DNA of 64,000 bases from a virus. A program made the translations under genes and the position numbers. Each line of letters begins with the position of its first letter. Position 1 is the stretch's first letter. The stretch covers positions 46,269 to 110,268 of the IMG/VR virus record IMGVR_UViG_3300045988_168232; one strand, given 5' to 3'. Of this stretch, positions 19,504-28,788 are shown in pieces. The notes under the pieces are model-generated. The model searched no databases. It saw only the letters and a list, made by a program, of their open reading frames with translations, and had not been told where the DNA came from.

Positions 19504-20388
19504 ATGTCTCTTACAGGTGAAATAAATAAGATTTCAGGCGGTGTACGTAGATCCATAGAAAAAATGGCTAAAAACGGCATGGTCAGCTCTGACGGTTCAG
19601 TGCGTGGCACAAAAAAAATATTTGGTTATGTATGTGCTATCCATGAAGATGGGGATTTAGCCGGGACTATTGATGTACAAGAATTTAATTATGAGCCGGA
19701 TGAGTATCAAACAATGGGTACCGGCCATCATAAGGGAGTGTTGTTATCTGCTATTCAAGATAATAAAGACGGAATACAAATTGTGCCAATGTTGTATTCA
19801 GAAGTTGTTATTGTTCAAAACCCGACTGATGGATGTGAATACGTGCTAATGTATAGCCATGCTCGCCATATCAAAATAAAGGCCTCGTCATTGGAGGATT
19901 TGGATGATGGTGAAATAGAAATAGGCGTGACAGAAGTCAAAAGTTTTGTTGAAACAGATGATGGGCTGGAAAAGGATTATTACGAATTGGAATCAACAAG
20001 GCACAAAACAAGTACAACCTACAAATCACAATCTATAATAGACCATATTGTTTCTCCCGATGATGAAAAAGGTTTTAAGCAAGAAAAAACAGTTGAACAT
20101 AAAATCATTACGGTTGGAGATACAAAAATTACTATTGATGGTGAGAATATCATTATTGAAACAAGTAAGCTGGTAAACATCAAAACCGATATAGCAAAGG
20201 TGGAAACAAACGGTTGTGAGATTAAAGGTAATGATGTTAAGGTAGATGGGAAAACTGTTACTATCACTGGAGGAACATTGAAGATAAAAGGAGTAAGCAA
20301 TACAGATTTGAATGGCCCATTCAATGCCATAAAAGCCTGCCCTTTCAGTGGTGCACCACATTGCGGCTCTTCAGTTAGTGGAACTTAA
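19504..20388 (+). CDS. baseplate central spike-like protein (gpV/gp5-like, tentative)
   Basis: The C-terminal part has beta-helix-like repeats (KITIDGENIIIE, KVDGKTVTITGGTLKIKG). It ends in a Cys/His-rich tip, CPFSGAPHCGSS. Confidence 0.4.
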   Translation: MSLTGEINKISGGVRRSIEKMAKNGMVSSDGSVRGTKKIFGYVCAIHEDGDLAGTIDVQEFNYEPDEYQTMGTGHHKGVLLSAIQDNKDGIQIVPMLYSEVVIVQNPTDGCEYVLMYSHARHIKIKASSLEDLDDGEIEIGVTEVKSFVETDDGLEKDYYELESTRHKTSTTYKSQSIIDHIVSPDDEKGFKQEKTVEHKIITVGDTKITIDGENIIIETSKLVNIKTDIAKVETNGCEIKGNDVKVDGKTVTITGGTLKIKGVSNTDLNGPFNAIKACPFSGAPHCGSSVSGT

Positions 20389-20398
20389 TTTTTGAATT

Positions 20399-20974
20399 AT
20401 GAGTAAGACAGCTTTTGCACAAACAATAATCAGTAAACTTAAAGCTACTATAGGAACTGATGGTGGCAGCTATACTTCCGGAAGTGCGTTATCCGCAATG
20501 GCTGCTGTAGCACAAGGGATTACAGAATATTTAATAGCAAATACAACCGTCACGATTACGTATGCCGGAATCGTATCGGCAACTGTGCCATACCCGGACC
20601 CGATAATTGCAGACACTTTTAAAATTGTAGGAACTTGCACTCCACCCAGTCTGGCAAATAGTTTTGATAGTTGGATAAAACAAATCGAAACAAATATTAT
20701 AACCGGATTTCAATTAGCCCCATCAGGAAATGTAGGGGTTGTGTTTGCGCAAAAACCTTTTTTAAATGTTGGAATTAAAACCATGCAAGAGAATCTAAAA
20801 TCCGTACATGATGTTTCGGATAAGGACCCACAATTAAAAGTATGGGAAGTCATTTGCGGTGGAATTATGGATTGGATTAATAGTGTCGCATTAAATAGTA
20901 TTGCCGGGCCTGCATCACGACCAACCGCACCATCGGTAGGAACGGCATCAATCACTAAAATCACAATTACTTAG
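20399..20974 (+). CDS. hypothetical baseplate-module protein
   Basis: A 191-aa co-oriented ORF in the baseplate region. Confidence 0.45.
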   Translation: MSKTAFAQTIISKLKATIGTDGGSYTSGSALSAMAAVAQGITEYLIANTTVTITYAGIVSATVPYPDPIIADTFKIVGTCTPPSLANSFDSWIKQIETNIITGFQLAPSGNVGVVFAQKPFLNVGIKTMQENLKSVHDVSDKDPQLKVWEVICGGIMDWINSVALNSIAGPASRPTAPSVGTASITKITIT

Positions 20975-20991
20975 AATGATGTTGCGGTGTA

Positions 20992-21003
20992 CTATTATAA
21001 AAT
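20992..21003 (+). promoter_or_regulatory. CTATTAT...AAA motif
   Basis: CTATTATAAAAT lies 28 nt upstream of ATG 21020. Confidence 0.4.
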
Positions 21004-21019
21004 ATAAGATATAATTAAT

Positions 21020-22402
21020 ATGGTAAGGGACTTGATTTTAGATATGAAAGAGCGTGATTTGTTAACCGAAGACAAATCCAATACCGCTGAACCGGTATTT
21101 GACTCTTTATGGGGGAATCTATTTGATGAAGATGAGGCCATAGATGTTTTGATTTGCAATATAATCATTCCCGAAGCGTATTGGAGCATTGTTGGATATG
21201 AAAACGGAGAAATGACTTGTCGCTTTACATCCGTATATGTTCCGGATACAAGACATTTCAGAGTCCGTTTAGTTGGATTGAAAAATGGTCAATACGGTGT
21301 CTTTGATAATATTCGGGGCGAATTTGGAATTCCAGTAAACAGTTATGCCCTCAGTAAAAATATCGCAGCACCGATATCAGCCTGTATGTTGCCATACATT
21401 GATATTGATGGCGAGTTTATTGTAAAGATGGTTCAGAATTATAAATCTGAAATTTTGGACAAGGCGTATATTTACTCATCCAAAAGCACTGATATCAGCA
21501 TAAACTATAGTGATGACCAAGCTTCTCAGTTATTAACACTGTGCGCACCCGGTAAAAGCTATCGTTATCCAACTACCGGTGTGGGCATTACAAAATATCT
21601 TAATTGTATAGTTGCTCATTCAGATTTACATAAAGTACTTGAAATACAATTTGATGCAGATAATAAACCTATTCAAGATGCTGATTTTGATAATGAAACC
21701 TGCAAACTTGATGTTCTTTTTAGCCCTGAAAAAGAGGTGGCAGATATAGGATTGGAGGATTTGGAAAATTTGAATCTTGATTTCTTCAGTATGTTTACCG
21801 ATGAATATGTACGTAGAAATATAGTATTGACAGAATTATCCGATACTAATTTCATGGAATTGCTAGATAGATATTCAAACGTACTTAATATAATACTTTT
21901 TCAAGACTGTACAACCACATCAACCCGTATTGCAAATAAGATTGAACCAGGTCAATTTAATGGAGTCGGAGACGTCATTCCCAGTAACGAATACTTTATA
22001 GTTGCAGCAACATTGGAGGCAAATACCATTATCATGTTTGATGATGAAAAAGAGGATGAGATTAAAGATGCTCCCTTATTTATCATTAATGATAATGATG
22101 AAACACGTTTATATACAGCATTGGTCGAACAACCATATTGGATTACTGAAACGTGTCATAAGTGTTTTATACTAAAACGCAGGTCCACTATCAAATACAT
22201 GATTAAACAAGAACAATTTAGAATTGGCAAGGGGCTATATATGGTGCCTCAAACAAGTGCGAATATTAAAAATATGCTTGGATTAATACAAGACGTTAAT
22301 ACTGGACGATTACTTGGAATTGTTTCTAACAGCACCAATATTAGTGACATAACATTGGATGAGATAACTCAACATATATATGCAACTCAAATAATTCAAT
22401 AA
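21020..22402 (+). CDS. hypothetical structural protein
   Basis: A 460-aa ORF preceded by a CTATTATAAA motif at 20992. Confidence 0.45.
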   Translation: MVRDLILDMKERDLLTEDKSNTAEPVFDSLWGNLFDEDEAIDVLICNIIIPEAYWSIVGYENGEMTCRFTSVYVPDTRHFRVRLVGLKNGQYGVFDNIRGEFGIPVNSYALSKNIAAPISACMLPYIDIDGEFIVKMVQNYKSEILDKAYIYSSKSTDISINYSDDQASQLLTLCAPGKSYRYPTTGVGITKYLNCIVAHSDLHKVLEIQFDADNKPIQDADFDNETCKLDVLFSPEKEVADIGLEDLENLNLDFFSMFTDEYVRRNIVLTELSDTNFMELLDRYSNVLNIILFQDCTTTSTRIANKIEPGQFNGVGDVIPSNEYFIVAATLEANTIIMFDDEKEDEIKDAPLFIINDNDETRLYTALVEQPYWITETCHKCFILKRRSTIKYMIKQEQFRIGKGLYMVPQTSANIKNMLGLIQDVNTGRLLGIVSNSTNISDITLDEITQHIYATQIIQ

Positions 22403-22414
22403 TATCATTTTATC

Positions 22415-24340
22415 ATGAACAATAATAATATTGTCAAAATAGGAACCGCCCTTAAATGGCGCAATACATTTGATATTACAAAAAAATATTATCAAGAAAA
22501 CGTAGTCACTGTATGTGGTTGCGTATTTCGATGTAAAGTGTTGCAGGCGCAAGGTAAAACACCGGTTCACATAGCAGATGATGCAGGGCATCTTGCTTTT
22601 GCTAATACAGATGTTTGGGATGTAATTGTTGATATGGTGTATTATTACAATTTCGCCATTGATACTAATAATCTCACAAAAGAAACATTAGAGTATATTA
22701 AAAAATTAGATGCTGAATGGCAGAAGCAACAGAAAGAAATTGAAGCGATTCAAAAAGATAACAAGAAACAATGGGAACGCATAATTGAAATTGAAAAATT
22801 AAATGCTGAACAACAACGTGAAATCAATTCTGTTCTAGACACATATAGTTGCTTTAGTGAAGGTATTTGGTTTGATACATTGCTTTGGAACAATGACTTG
22901 TTATGGAATAACAACAAGTATGCAATTACAGATAATCTCCAAAATCAAATTGATGAACTTTCAAATCGTCATAGAGAGGACATTGAACAAATCAATTCAG
23001 ATATTGAAGAGATTAATGCGCATATGGCTCAGCACGAGGAGGAACAGCGTCAAATTAATAATTATCTGTTGGAACAGAATGATAATTGGAATAATTCTAT
23101 AAGCTGCTTTAGTGAAGGTATATGGGAGAATTTGTTGCATTGGGGCAATCTGTCTTTATGGGACAACAATAAATTTTCTATTACAGAGGATTTGCAAAGT
23201 CAGATTGATGATATTGTAAAACAGCATGATGATGACATAAAGAATACAATCAGTCGTTTTGAAGAAGATGAATTGTTGATAAATGAGCATGATGCACAGT
23301 TAGTGGATTTGCTGGAGCGATTTTGTTGCTTCAATAATGGCCAATGGGATAACGAATTAAAATGGAATAATGCAACTGTATGGGAAAATTCAAATATGAT
23401 GTGCAACACATTTAAAAATGTGTTGGATAAAATAGATGAACATGATACGAGCATAGCAAATCTCATTGATGAACATGAAATTATTTATAAAAGTATTGAT
23501 CGTTTAGAAGAGGAGATTGCCAATAATAAAACAGCAAATAAAGAGCAACAGAAACAAATAGATGATCTTCTTAGAATTCATTCAGTCATAAACAATGGCT
23601 TTTGGGATAACAGTTTGCTTTGGACCAATGAATCGGAATGGACCAATCAAACGCCCGTTGACCAATTAATTGAAGTGGTTGTCCAGAATACAAATGATAT
23701 TGCTCAAAATAAAAAAGAGCTGGATGACTTAAATGCGGATGCAGAAGAATTGGAAAAGAGTGTGGCGAGGTCTGAGAATAACATCAAGACTATCAACACG
23801 CAATTAGAAGAAATCTCAAAAGGACAAACTGTTCAGAATGAGAAAATTGCACAGATTGGATCACACTTCTGTTGTTTCGCAGATGGAATATGGGGAGATT
23901 GGTTTTTGTGGCATAATGATGATATATGGGCTAACAATGTAAATAATCATGAAAGCCGAATTTCTGAGATGGAGATGCAGTTTGCCAGCATGATGAATAC
24001 GCTTGTAATCCAGCAGAAACAACTTACGGAGCAGATGGAAGAGCTTGATAGGCAGAAGGCTCTTCTTAATACCATAATGGTTTGTTTGTCTGTAATCAGT
24101 GTCGGCGCATGGAACAACGATCTATTATGGTATAATGAAGCTAGATGGTCAAATGGTAATTTCTCGGAAAATGACAAGTTGACAATACAATCTTATGATA
24201 AAAATAGCGGGACAATAATATTGAATCCTGTTGCATACTATTATAATGAGATGGAACAATCTCTCGAATTCAAGGATGTGGGGTATTCTTATGACAAACC
24301 TACAGAAACCTTGGATTTTGACGTATTAAGTAAACCCTAA
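22415..24340 (+). CDS. tail fibre protein with six W-x-N triad knots separated by coiled-coil segments
   Basis: A 641-aa ORF. Long heptad-rich Q/E/I/N segments are punctuated six times by (C-F-x-x)-G-x-W-x-N-x-L-x-W-x-N-x-x-x-W-x-N. Confidence 0.6.
   Translation: MNNNNIVKIGTALKWRNTFDITKKYYQENVVTVCGCVFRCKVLQAQGKTPVHIADDAGHLAFANTDVWDVIVDMVYYYNFAIDTNNLTKETLEYIKKLDAEWQKQQKEIEAIQKDNKKQWERIIEIEKLNAEQQREINSVLDTYSCFSEGIWFDTLLWNNDLLWNNNKYAITDNLQNQIDELSNRHREDIEQINSDIEEINAHMAQHEEEQRQINNYLLEQNDNWNNSISCFSEGIWENLLHWGNLSLWDNNKFSITEDLQSQIDDIVKQHDDDIKNTISRFEEDELLINEHDAQLVDLLERFCCFNNGQWDNELKWNNATVWENSNMMCNTFKNVLDKIDEHDTSIANLIDEHEIIYKSIDRLEEEIANNKTANKEQQKQIDDLLRIHSVINNGFWDNSLLWTNESEWTNQTPVDQLIEVVVQNTNDIAQNKKELDDLNADAEELEKSVARSENNIKTINTQLEEISKGQTVQNEKIAQIGSHFCCFADGIWGDWFLWHNDDIWANNVNNHESRISEMEMQFASMMNTLVIQQKQLTEQMEELDRQKALLNTIMVCLSVISVGAWNNDLLWYNEARWSNGNFSENDKLTIQSYDKNSGTIILNPVAYYYNEMEQSLEFKDVGYSYDKPTETLDFDVLSKP
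22849..24157 (+). repeat. array of six protein-level repeats (W-x-N triads)
   Basis: The copies lie at ~22849-22915, 23105-23170, 23327-23392, 23585-23647, 23873-23938 and 24092-24157. Examples: CFSEGIWFDTLLWNNDLLWNNN, CFSEGIWENLLHWGNLSLWDNN, CFNNGQWDNELKWNNATVWENS. Confidence 0.85.
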
Positions 24341-24396
24341 ATGTGGAGGGGTAAAGATCCACAACTATATATTAACTGCTTAATTTAATAGAAAAC

Positions 24397-25131
24397 ATGG
24401 CAGATTTAAATGTAACTCGTTTTATCATTGACGGTAAAACATTCGCAATTCCAGGTGCAGGTGCCGCACAAGCAGGTTTGATGTCGGCTGAAGACTTCAA
24501 AAAATTATCAGGCGTTGCAGCCGGTGCACAGGTCAATGTAATTGAAAGCGTGAAAATCAATGGTGTTGCTTTAGAAGTAGCCTCAAAGATTGTGGATATC
24601 CTGATCACTTCCGGTACTAAAAATGGTACTGTCAAAGTGAATGGTGTTGATGTAGAAGTAAAAGGACTGGCAGCATTGGCTTACAAGTCTCAAATTACTG
24701 AAACTGAATTGGCAGAAGCCTTGAAGCAAGTCATTAATGCAAAGGCTGAACAGAGTGAGGTTGACACTTTGAATGAAAAAATTGATGTCTTGAATGGCGC
24801 AGGCGAAGGCTCTGTAAACAAAGCTGTAACAGATGCGATCAATAAATTTGCGACTGATGTTACCGATGATGACGTTGTAAATTCATTTAAGGAATTGGTT
24901 GATTGGGCTGCTTCACATGGATCTGAGGCAAGTGAGATAGTTGCTTCCGTTGAAGAACTAAAATTAAATAAGGTTGATAAGATGGTTGGATATGGTCTTT
25001 CAAAGAACGACTTCACTGATGATTTAAAAGACAAACTGAATGGTATCGCAGCCAAGGCGACAGCTAATACCTATAGTTACGATGAAGGCACCCAGACTTT
25101 GACTCTGACTGGTTTTACAGTAGCTCAATAA
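24397..25131 (+). CDS. tail fibre-associated protein
   Basis: The N-terminal AGAAQAGLMSAEDFKKLSG is a motif common in phage fibre proteins (aGLMsaeDk.KL). The centre is coiled-coil. Confidence 0.45.
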   Translation: MADLNVTRFIIDGKTFAIPGAGAAQAGLMSAEDFKKLSGVAAGAQVNVIESVKINGVALEVASKIVDILITSGTKNGTVKVNGVDVEVKGLAALAYKSQITETELAEALKQVINAKAEQSEVDTLNEKIDVLNGAGEGSVNKAVTDAINKFATDVTDDDVVNSFKELVDWAASHGSEASEIVASVEELKLNKVDKMVGYGLSKNDFTDDLKDKLNGIAAKATANTYSYDEGTQTLTLTGFTVAQ

Positions 25132-25155
25132 TTCATATCCTAAAGCTAAATCCCA

Positions 25156-25614
25156 ATGGCAGACAACGATGTATTCAAAACACTAAAAATAGGAGGCAAA
25201 AGTTTTGGCGTGAAACCTTGTTGGGAACAACTTGGAATCACAAAAGACTATATGCTTGCTCTGTTAAACCGTGATGAATATACTCCCGTTGCGACCAAAC
25301 AACCATCATATACAGATACACTTTATACTGACCCGGTAAGTGGAAATCCAGCAGGGTTTCATGCCGGACAGTGTGTGGTATATCCAGATTACGATATTCC
25401 GGACGGATGGGGGCTTTCAATAGCCAAATACGTCCTTTACGATGATCAGGGAATTCCTACAAAAGTATTTTGGTATCATGCGACAGACATTGAAAAACAC
25501 ATTGCTTCATTAGAGGAAAATGTCACAAAGACTTTTTATGGATGTCTTGGTACTGGATTGTGGGTAAATGAATTTCCATGGCAAAATGATGCTGTTTGGA
25601 ACAATGGTATTTAA
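25156..25614 (+). CDS. hypothetical fibre-module protein ending in one W-x-N triad motif
   Basis: The C-terminus CLGTGLWVNEFPWQNDAVWNNGI (nt 25543-25608) matches the repeat found in the 22415 fibre. Confidence 0.5.
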   Translation: MADNDVFKTLKIGGKSFGVKPCWEQLGITKDYMLALLNRDEYTPVATKQPSYTDTLYTDPVSGNPAGFHAGQCVVYPDYDIPDGWGLSIAKYVLYDDQGIPTKVFWYHATDIEKHIASLEENVTKTFYGCLGTGLWVNEFPWQNDAVWNNGI

Positions 25615-25632
25615 AGTTTTTGTTTAACGAGA

Positions 25633-25644
25633 CTATTATATATT
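25633..25644 (+). promoter_or_regulatory. CTATTAT motif upstream of the DGR target gene
   Basis: CTATTATATATT lies 44 nt upstream of ATG 25677. Confidence 0.35.
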
Positions 25645-25676
25645 GATTAAATATTTAAATCAAAAAATCAAGTAAT

Positions 25677-26483
25677 ATGGCAACAGAAATTACAATGGAA
25701 ACCGACTGGGGAGCGAAAGGCGCTCAGTTGACTGGAGCACAGGTTCAAGCGTTCATAAAAGAACAATTGAAGTCTTTGCATGAAAAGGACACTTCACTTC
25801 AGAATCAAATTAACAATTCAGAGCCTCGGTTGCAGGCTGCAACAGATGGCTGTTTTGTCACTTATCATCGTAAAAGTGACAATTGGCCTTTAGCTGTTCC
25901 ATATTGGAAATGGCCGGATTTGGAAAAAGCAGGAGAAAAAGCTGATGGAGTACTTGTATTGATTGACGGACAAGCACCTATTATTGTTTCTCCAACTGGT
26001 ACTCAGCTTAAATGGTCCAAGAATGCTGTAGCTGTTAATACTAATGTTGGTAGCGATTACAGTAAAGCTTATGTCGATTACACTGGTAAAACTCGGACCG
26101 CTGCTATCATAGCAAAAGGTACAGAATTGTTTGGTGATAATAAAAGTGAATGGAATCAGTATGCGCCGGCGTGGTGTAATGCTTATGACCGTTCCTATGA
26201 TAAGGGCGATGAAGCACATACTAAAATCGGTATTGGCGCAGGACAATGGTGGTTGCCATCTATTGCAGAGTTGATCATCATCTGGAAACACAAGTATGCA
26301 ATCAATCAATGTCTCTCAGTCATTTCGGGCGCCAGCCCGCTTGTTGAGAGTTGGCATTGGAGTTCTACTGAGCACTCGGCGACGTACGCTTGGTACTTGA
26401 ACCTGTACGACGGCAACCTCGGCAGCTGGTACACTAAGGTGTCGCTCAGCGGCTATGTGCGTGCCGTGGCAGCATTTCATTAA
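25677..26483 (+). CDS. DGR target (variable) protein, DUF1566/C-type-lectin-fold-like C-terminus
   Basis: The C-terminal WWLPSIAELIIIW...WHWSSTEHSATYAWYLNLYDGNLGSWYTKVSLSGYVRAVAAFH contains the VR. The VR ends 5 nt before the stop codon. The gene lies among tail-fibre genes. Confidence 0.85.
   Translation: MATEITMETDWGAKGAQLTGAQVQAFIKEQLKSLHEKDTSLQNQINNSEPRLQAATDGCFVTYHRKSDNWPLAVPYWKWPDLEKAGEKADGVLVLIDGQAPIIVSPTGTQLKWSKNAVAVNTNVGSDYSKAYVDYTGKTRTAAIIAKGTELFGDNKSEWNQYAPAWCNAYDRSYDKGDEAHTKIGIGAGQWWLPSIAELIIIWKHKYAINQCLSVISGASPLVESWHWSSTEHSATYAWYLNLYDGNLGSWYTKVSLSGYVRAVAAFH
26367..26478 (+). repeat. DGR variable repeat (VR)
   Basis: A 112-nt match to TR 27245..27356 with 12 mismatches, every one at a TR adenine. 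The 3' 25 nt (TATGTGCGTGCCGTGGCAGCATTTC) are identical in both copies. Confidence 0.92.
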
Positions 26484-26491
26484 CCCTTTAT

Positions 26492-26560
26492 CCCTTCAAC
26501 CCTTTAACTCTTCGGAGCGAAGCGACGTGCGAGCAACGCGAGCATAAAAGGGTTGAAGGG
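26492..26560 (+). promoter_or_regulatory. long inverted repeat 14 nt downstream of the VR (possible DGR target-recognition hairpin/cruciform)
   Basis: CCCTTCAACCCTTT (26492-26505) pairs perfectly with AAAGGGTTGAAGGG (26547-26560). An inner hairpin CTTCG-GAG-CGAAG lies at 26510-26522. Confidence 0.5.
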
Positions 26561-26744
26561 GTAGTATATATTCAACTTATCACAAGAGACGTCGCCTTTT
26601 GGAAGGTTCAGTATGGTTCCAACCTCTTGTATAAAATGAGTATATATGGAATGTTAAATCAAGGGTTGGTAATTTGATGATAATCAGTGTTTTGTAGTTA
26701 AGAGAATTGATGAAAGCAGTGTTTAAATAAAAAGAGAAGTTGTT

Positions 26745-27125
26745 ATGGCTTTATCCAACGAATTACCGGTTTATATAGATACATATCATTACATTCAAGC
26801 AGTACTCGATACTCACAAAAATTTCCCAAGAGATATCAAACATACAGTTGGGCAGGAATGGATTAGAAGAGTAATTACGCTCCCTACTTTTATAGTACGG
26901 GCAAATATGTTCAAAAGTGAACGTGAAGCGTATCTTACTGATTTCATTTGTGAATTTGAGTTCTGCAAATTGATAGTTCGTTTAGCTGGTGAAAATCATT
27001 GGATAAGCCGTAAGCAACAATCTCACCTTATGTATTTGGAGGCGGCTGTCGGCAAACAAGTGACAGCATGGAAGAACGCATCAAAAGCAAAATATCGGAA
27101 ACGTATTAATGAAGCCGAAAAATAG
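26745..27125 (+). CDS. avd: DGR accessory variability determinant (Avd)
   Basis: A 126-aa basic helical protein. LPVYIDTYHYIQAVLDTHKNFPRDIKHTVGQEWIRR fits the Avd/four-helix-bundle family pattern. It sits in the canonical avd-TR-RT position. Confidence 0.75.
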   Translation: MALSNELPVYIDTYHYIQAVLDTHKNFPRDIKHTVGQEWIRRVITLPTFIVRANMFKSEREAYLTDFICEFEFCKLIVRLAGENHWISRKQQSHLMYLEAAVGKQVTAWKNASKAKYRKRINEAEK

Positions 27126-27244
27126 TAATTGATGCAACGCACGGAGTATGGAAGTTTACGGATGACCATAGAGTTTGCGCTTCCGTGAGAAATGGGGGTA
27201 CTACTGCCATTATGTAGTTAAGGATAAGAAAATGTACCCGATAC

Positions 27245-27356
27245 ACTGAGAACTCGGCGACGAACGCTTGGAACTTGAACCTGAACGACGGCAACCTCAA
27301 CAACTGGAACACTAAGGTGTCGAACAGCAACTATGTGCGTGCCGTGGCAGCATTTC
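27245..27356 (+). repeat. DGR template repeat (TR)
   Basis: A noncoding 112-nt copy of the VR containing 11 in-frame AAC codons. It lies between avd and the RT gene and is GC-rich relative to its surroundings. Confidence 0.92.
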
Positions 27357-27427
27357 TCCGAAAGGTAATTTTGCGAATAAGTAATTGTAGTACAATATAA
27401 AATAAGTATTATCACATTAGTGCTGAT

Positions 27428-28759
27428 ATGGTGACGTATGAGGATTTGGTAGAGGCCTATTATGATTGTCGTGTACATAAGTCGCGGACAAACAACTGCA
27501 TTAAGTTTACTCTTGATGTAGAGGGTAATCTATATGATATGATGCAAGCCATCAACAATAGAACCTACCAGCCTAAACGCTCCATTTGCTTTGTCGTTAG
27601 TCGCCCCAAATACCGTGAGGTGTTCGCTGCTGATTTTGCAGACCGAATCGTGCATCATTACATCAGGTTACGGTTAGAACCGATTATTGAGCAAAAATTT
27701 AATGATAGGACATTTAATTGTAGAAACGGAAAAGGCACATTGGCTGGAGTTACACAGTTGAAGCACGATATGATTGAATGTTCTCATAATTATACAACAG
27801 ACTGTTATGTAGCAACAGTGGACATCAACAGTTTCTTTATGTCTATCCCTAAAAAACTTGTTGAAAATTTAGTTATTCAACTTGTGAAGGACAAATATGA
27901 TGGCGATGACAAAGAGGACTTAATTTATTTATGCCACGTTGTATTAAGCCATAGCCCGGAGGACAATTGCATCAAACATTCATCAGACGAAATGTGGACG
28001 CATCTACCGTCCAGCAAATCATTGTTTACTAACGGAAAGGGGCTGGGTATGCCAATTGGTAATCTGCCATCTCAGATGTTTGCTAATTACTTATTAAATG
28101 AAGTTGATTGGGCTATTGAAACGGATTGTGGTATTAAATATCACGGACGCTATGTGGATGATATTTATCTTGTTGCAGAAACAAAAGAACAAATCCTAAA
28201 CGCCATTCCAATCATCAGGACACGCTTGGAATCATTAGGGCTTAAATTATCTCCAAATAAATTTTATATACAACATTACAGCAAAGGTATAGATTTTACC
28301 GGTGCTATAGTAAAACCTGGAAGGGTCTATCCTTTGAATCGGACTGTCACTTCATTCAGACACAGTATTGACAGACTCAACCAGTGTAAAACCAAATCTC
28401 AGATAATAAAAGCATTGTATTCCGTAAATAGCTATTTAGGGCTAATGAGACAATATAATAGCTATGCTATCAGATATAATGCCCTACATGAAATAGATAA
28501 AAGATTGTATAAATGGATATATATTAAAGGCAATATGGAAGTAGTTGCCCTGAAAAGAAAATATCATCCTAAAACACGTATAAATTATAGATTATCACAT
28601 GGGCTTAATCACAAATTGTCATTACCAAGACCTATAGCTGATTTTGAAGAAAGAGAAGATAGAACAAAATATATCAGACTATTGGCTGAGTACACTTCAG
28701 TCGATATTTTCCCAATAAGTGAACTTAAAGAGAGAGCAAGACTATTATCTAATATATAA
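27428..28759 (+). CDS. DGR reverse transcriptase
   Basis: RT motifs are present: PKYREVFAADFADRIVHH, VDINSFFMSI and the YVDD catalytic box (HGRYVDDIYLVAE). The DGR-clade signature (I/L)GxxxSQ appears as PIGNLPSQ. Confidence 0.92.
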   Translation: MVTYEDLVEAYYDCRVHKSRTNNCIKFTLDVEGNLYDMMQAINNRTYQPKRSICFVVSRPKYREVFAADFADRIVHHYIRLRLEPIIEQKFNDRTFNCRNGKGTLAGVTQLKHDMIECSHNYTTDCYVATVDINSFFMSIPKKLVENLVIQLVKDKYDGDDKEDLIYLCHVVLSHSPEDNCIKHSSDEMWTHLPSSKSLFTNGKGLGMPIGNLPSQMFANYLLNEVDWAIETDCGIKYHGRYVDDIYLVAETKEQILNAIPIIRTRLESLGLKLSPNKFYIQHYSKGIDFTGAIVKPGRVYPLNRTVTSFRHSIDRLNQCKTKSQIIKALYSVNSYLGLMRQYNSYAIRYNALHEIDKRLYKWIYIKGNMEVVALKRKYHPKTRINYRLSHGLNHKLSLPRPIADFEEREDRTKYIRLLAEYTSVDIFPISELKERARLLSNI

Positions 28760-28788
28760 CATAAGTTTAATTTTAAAATTGTTGAGAC

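Noticed and set aside
27106-27478. Minus-strand ORFs 27106..27330 and 27218..27478, which cover the DGR template repeat.
   Set aside because: The region is explained by the noncoding TR and the TR-RT spacer. The ORFs are antisense and overlap both avd and the RT start.
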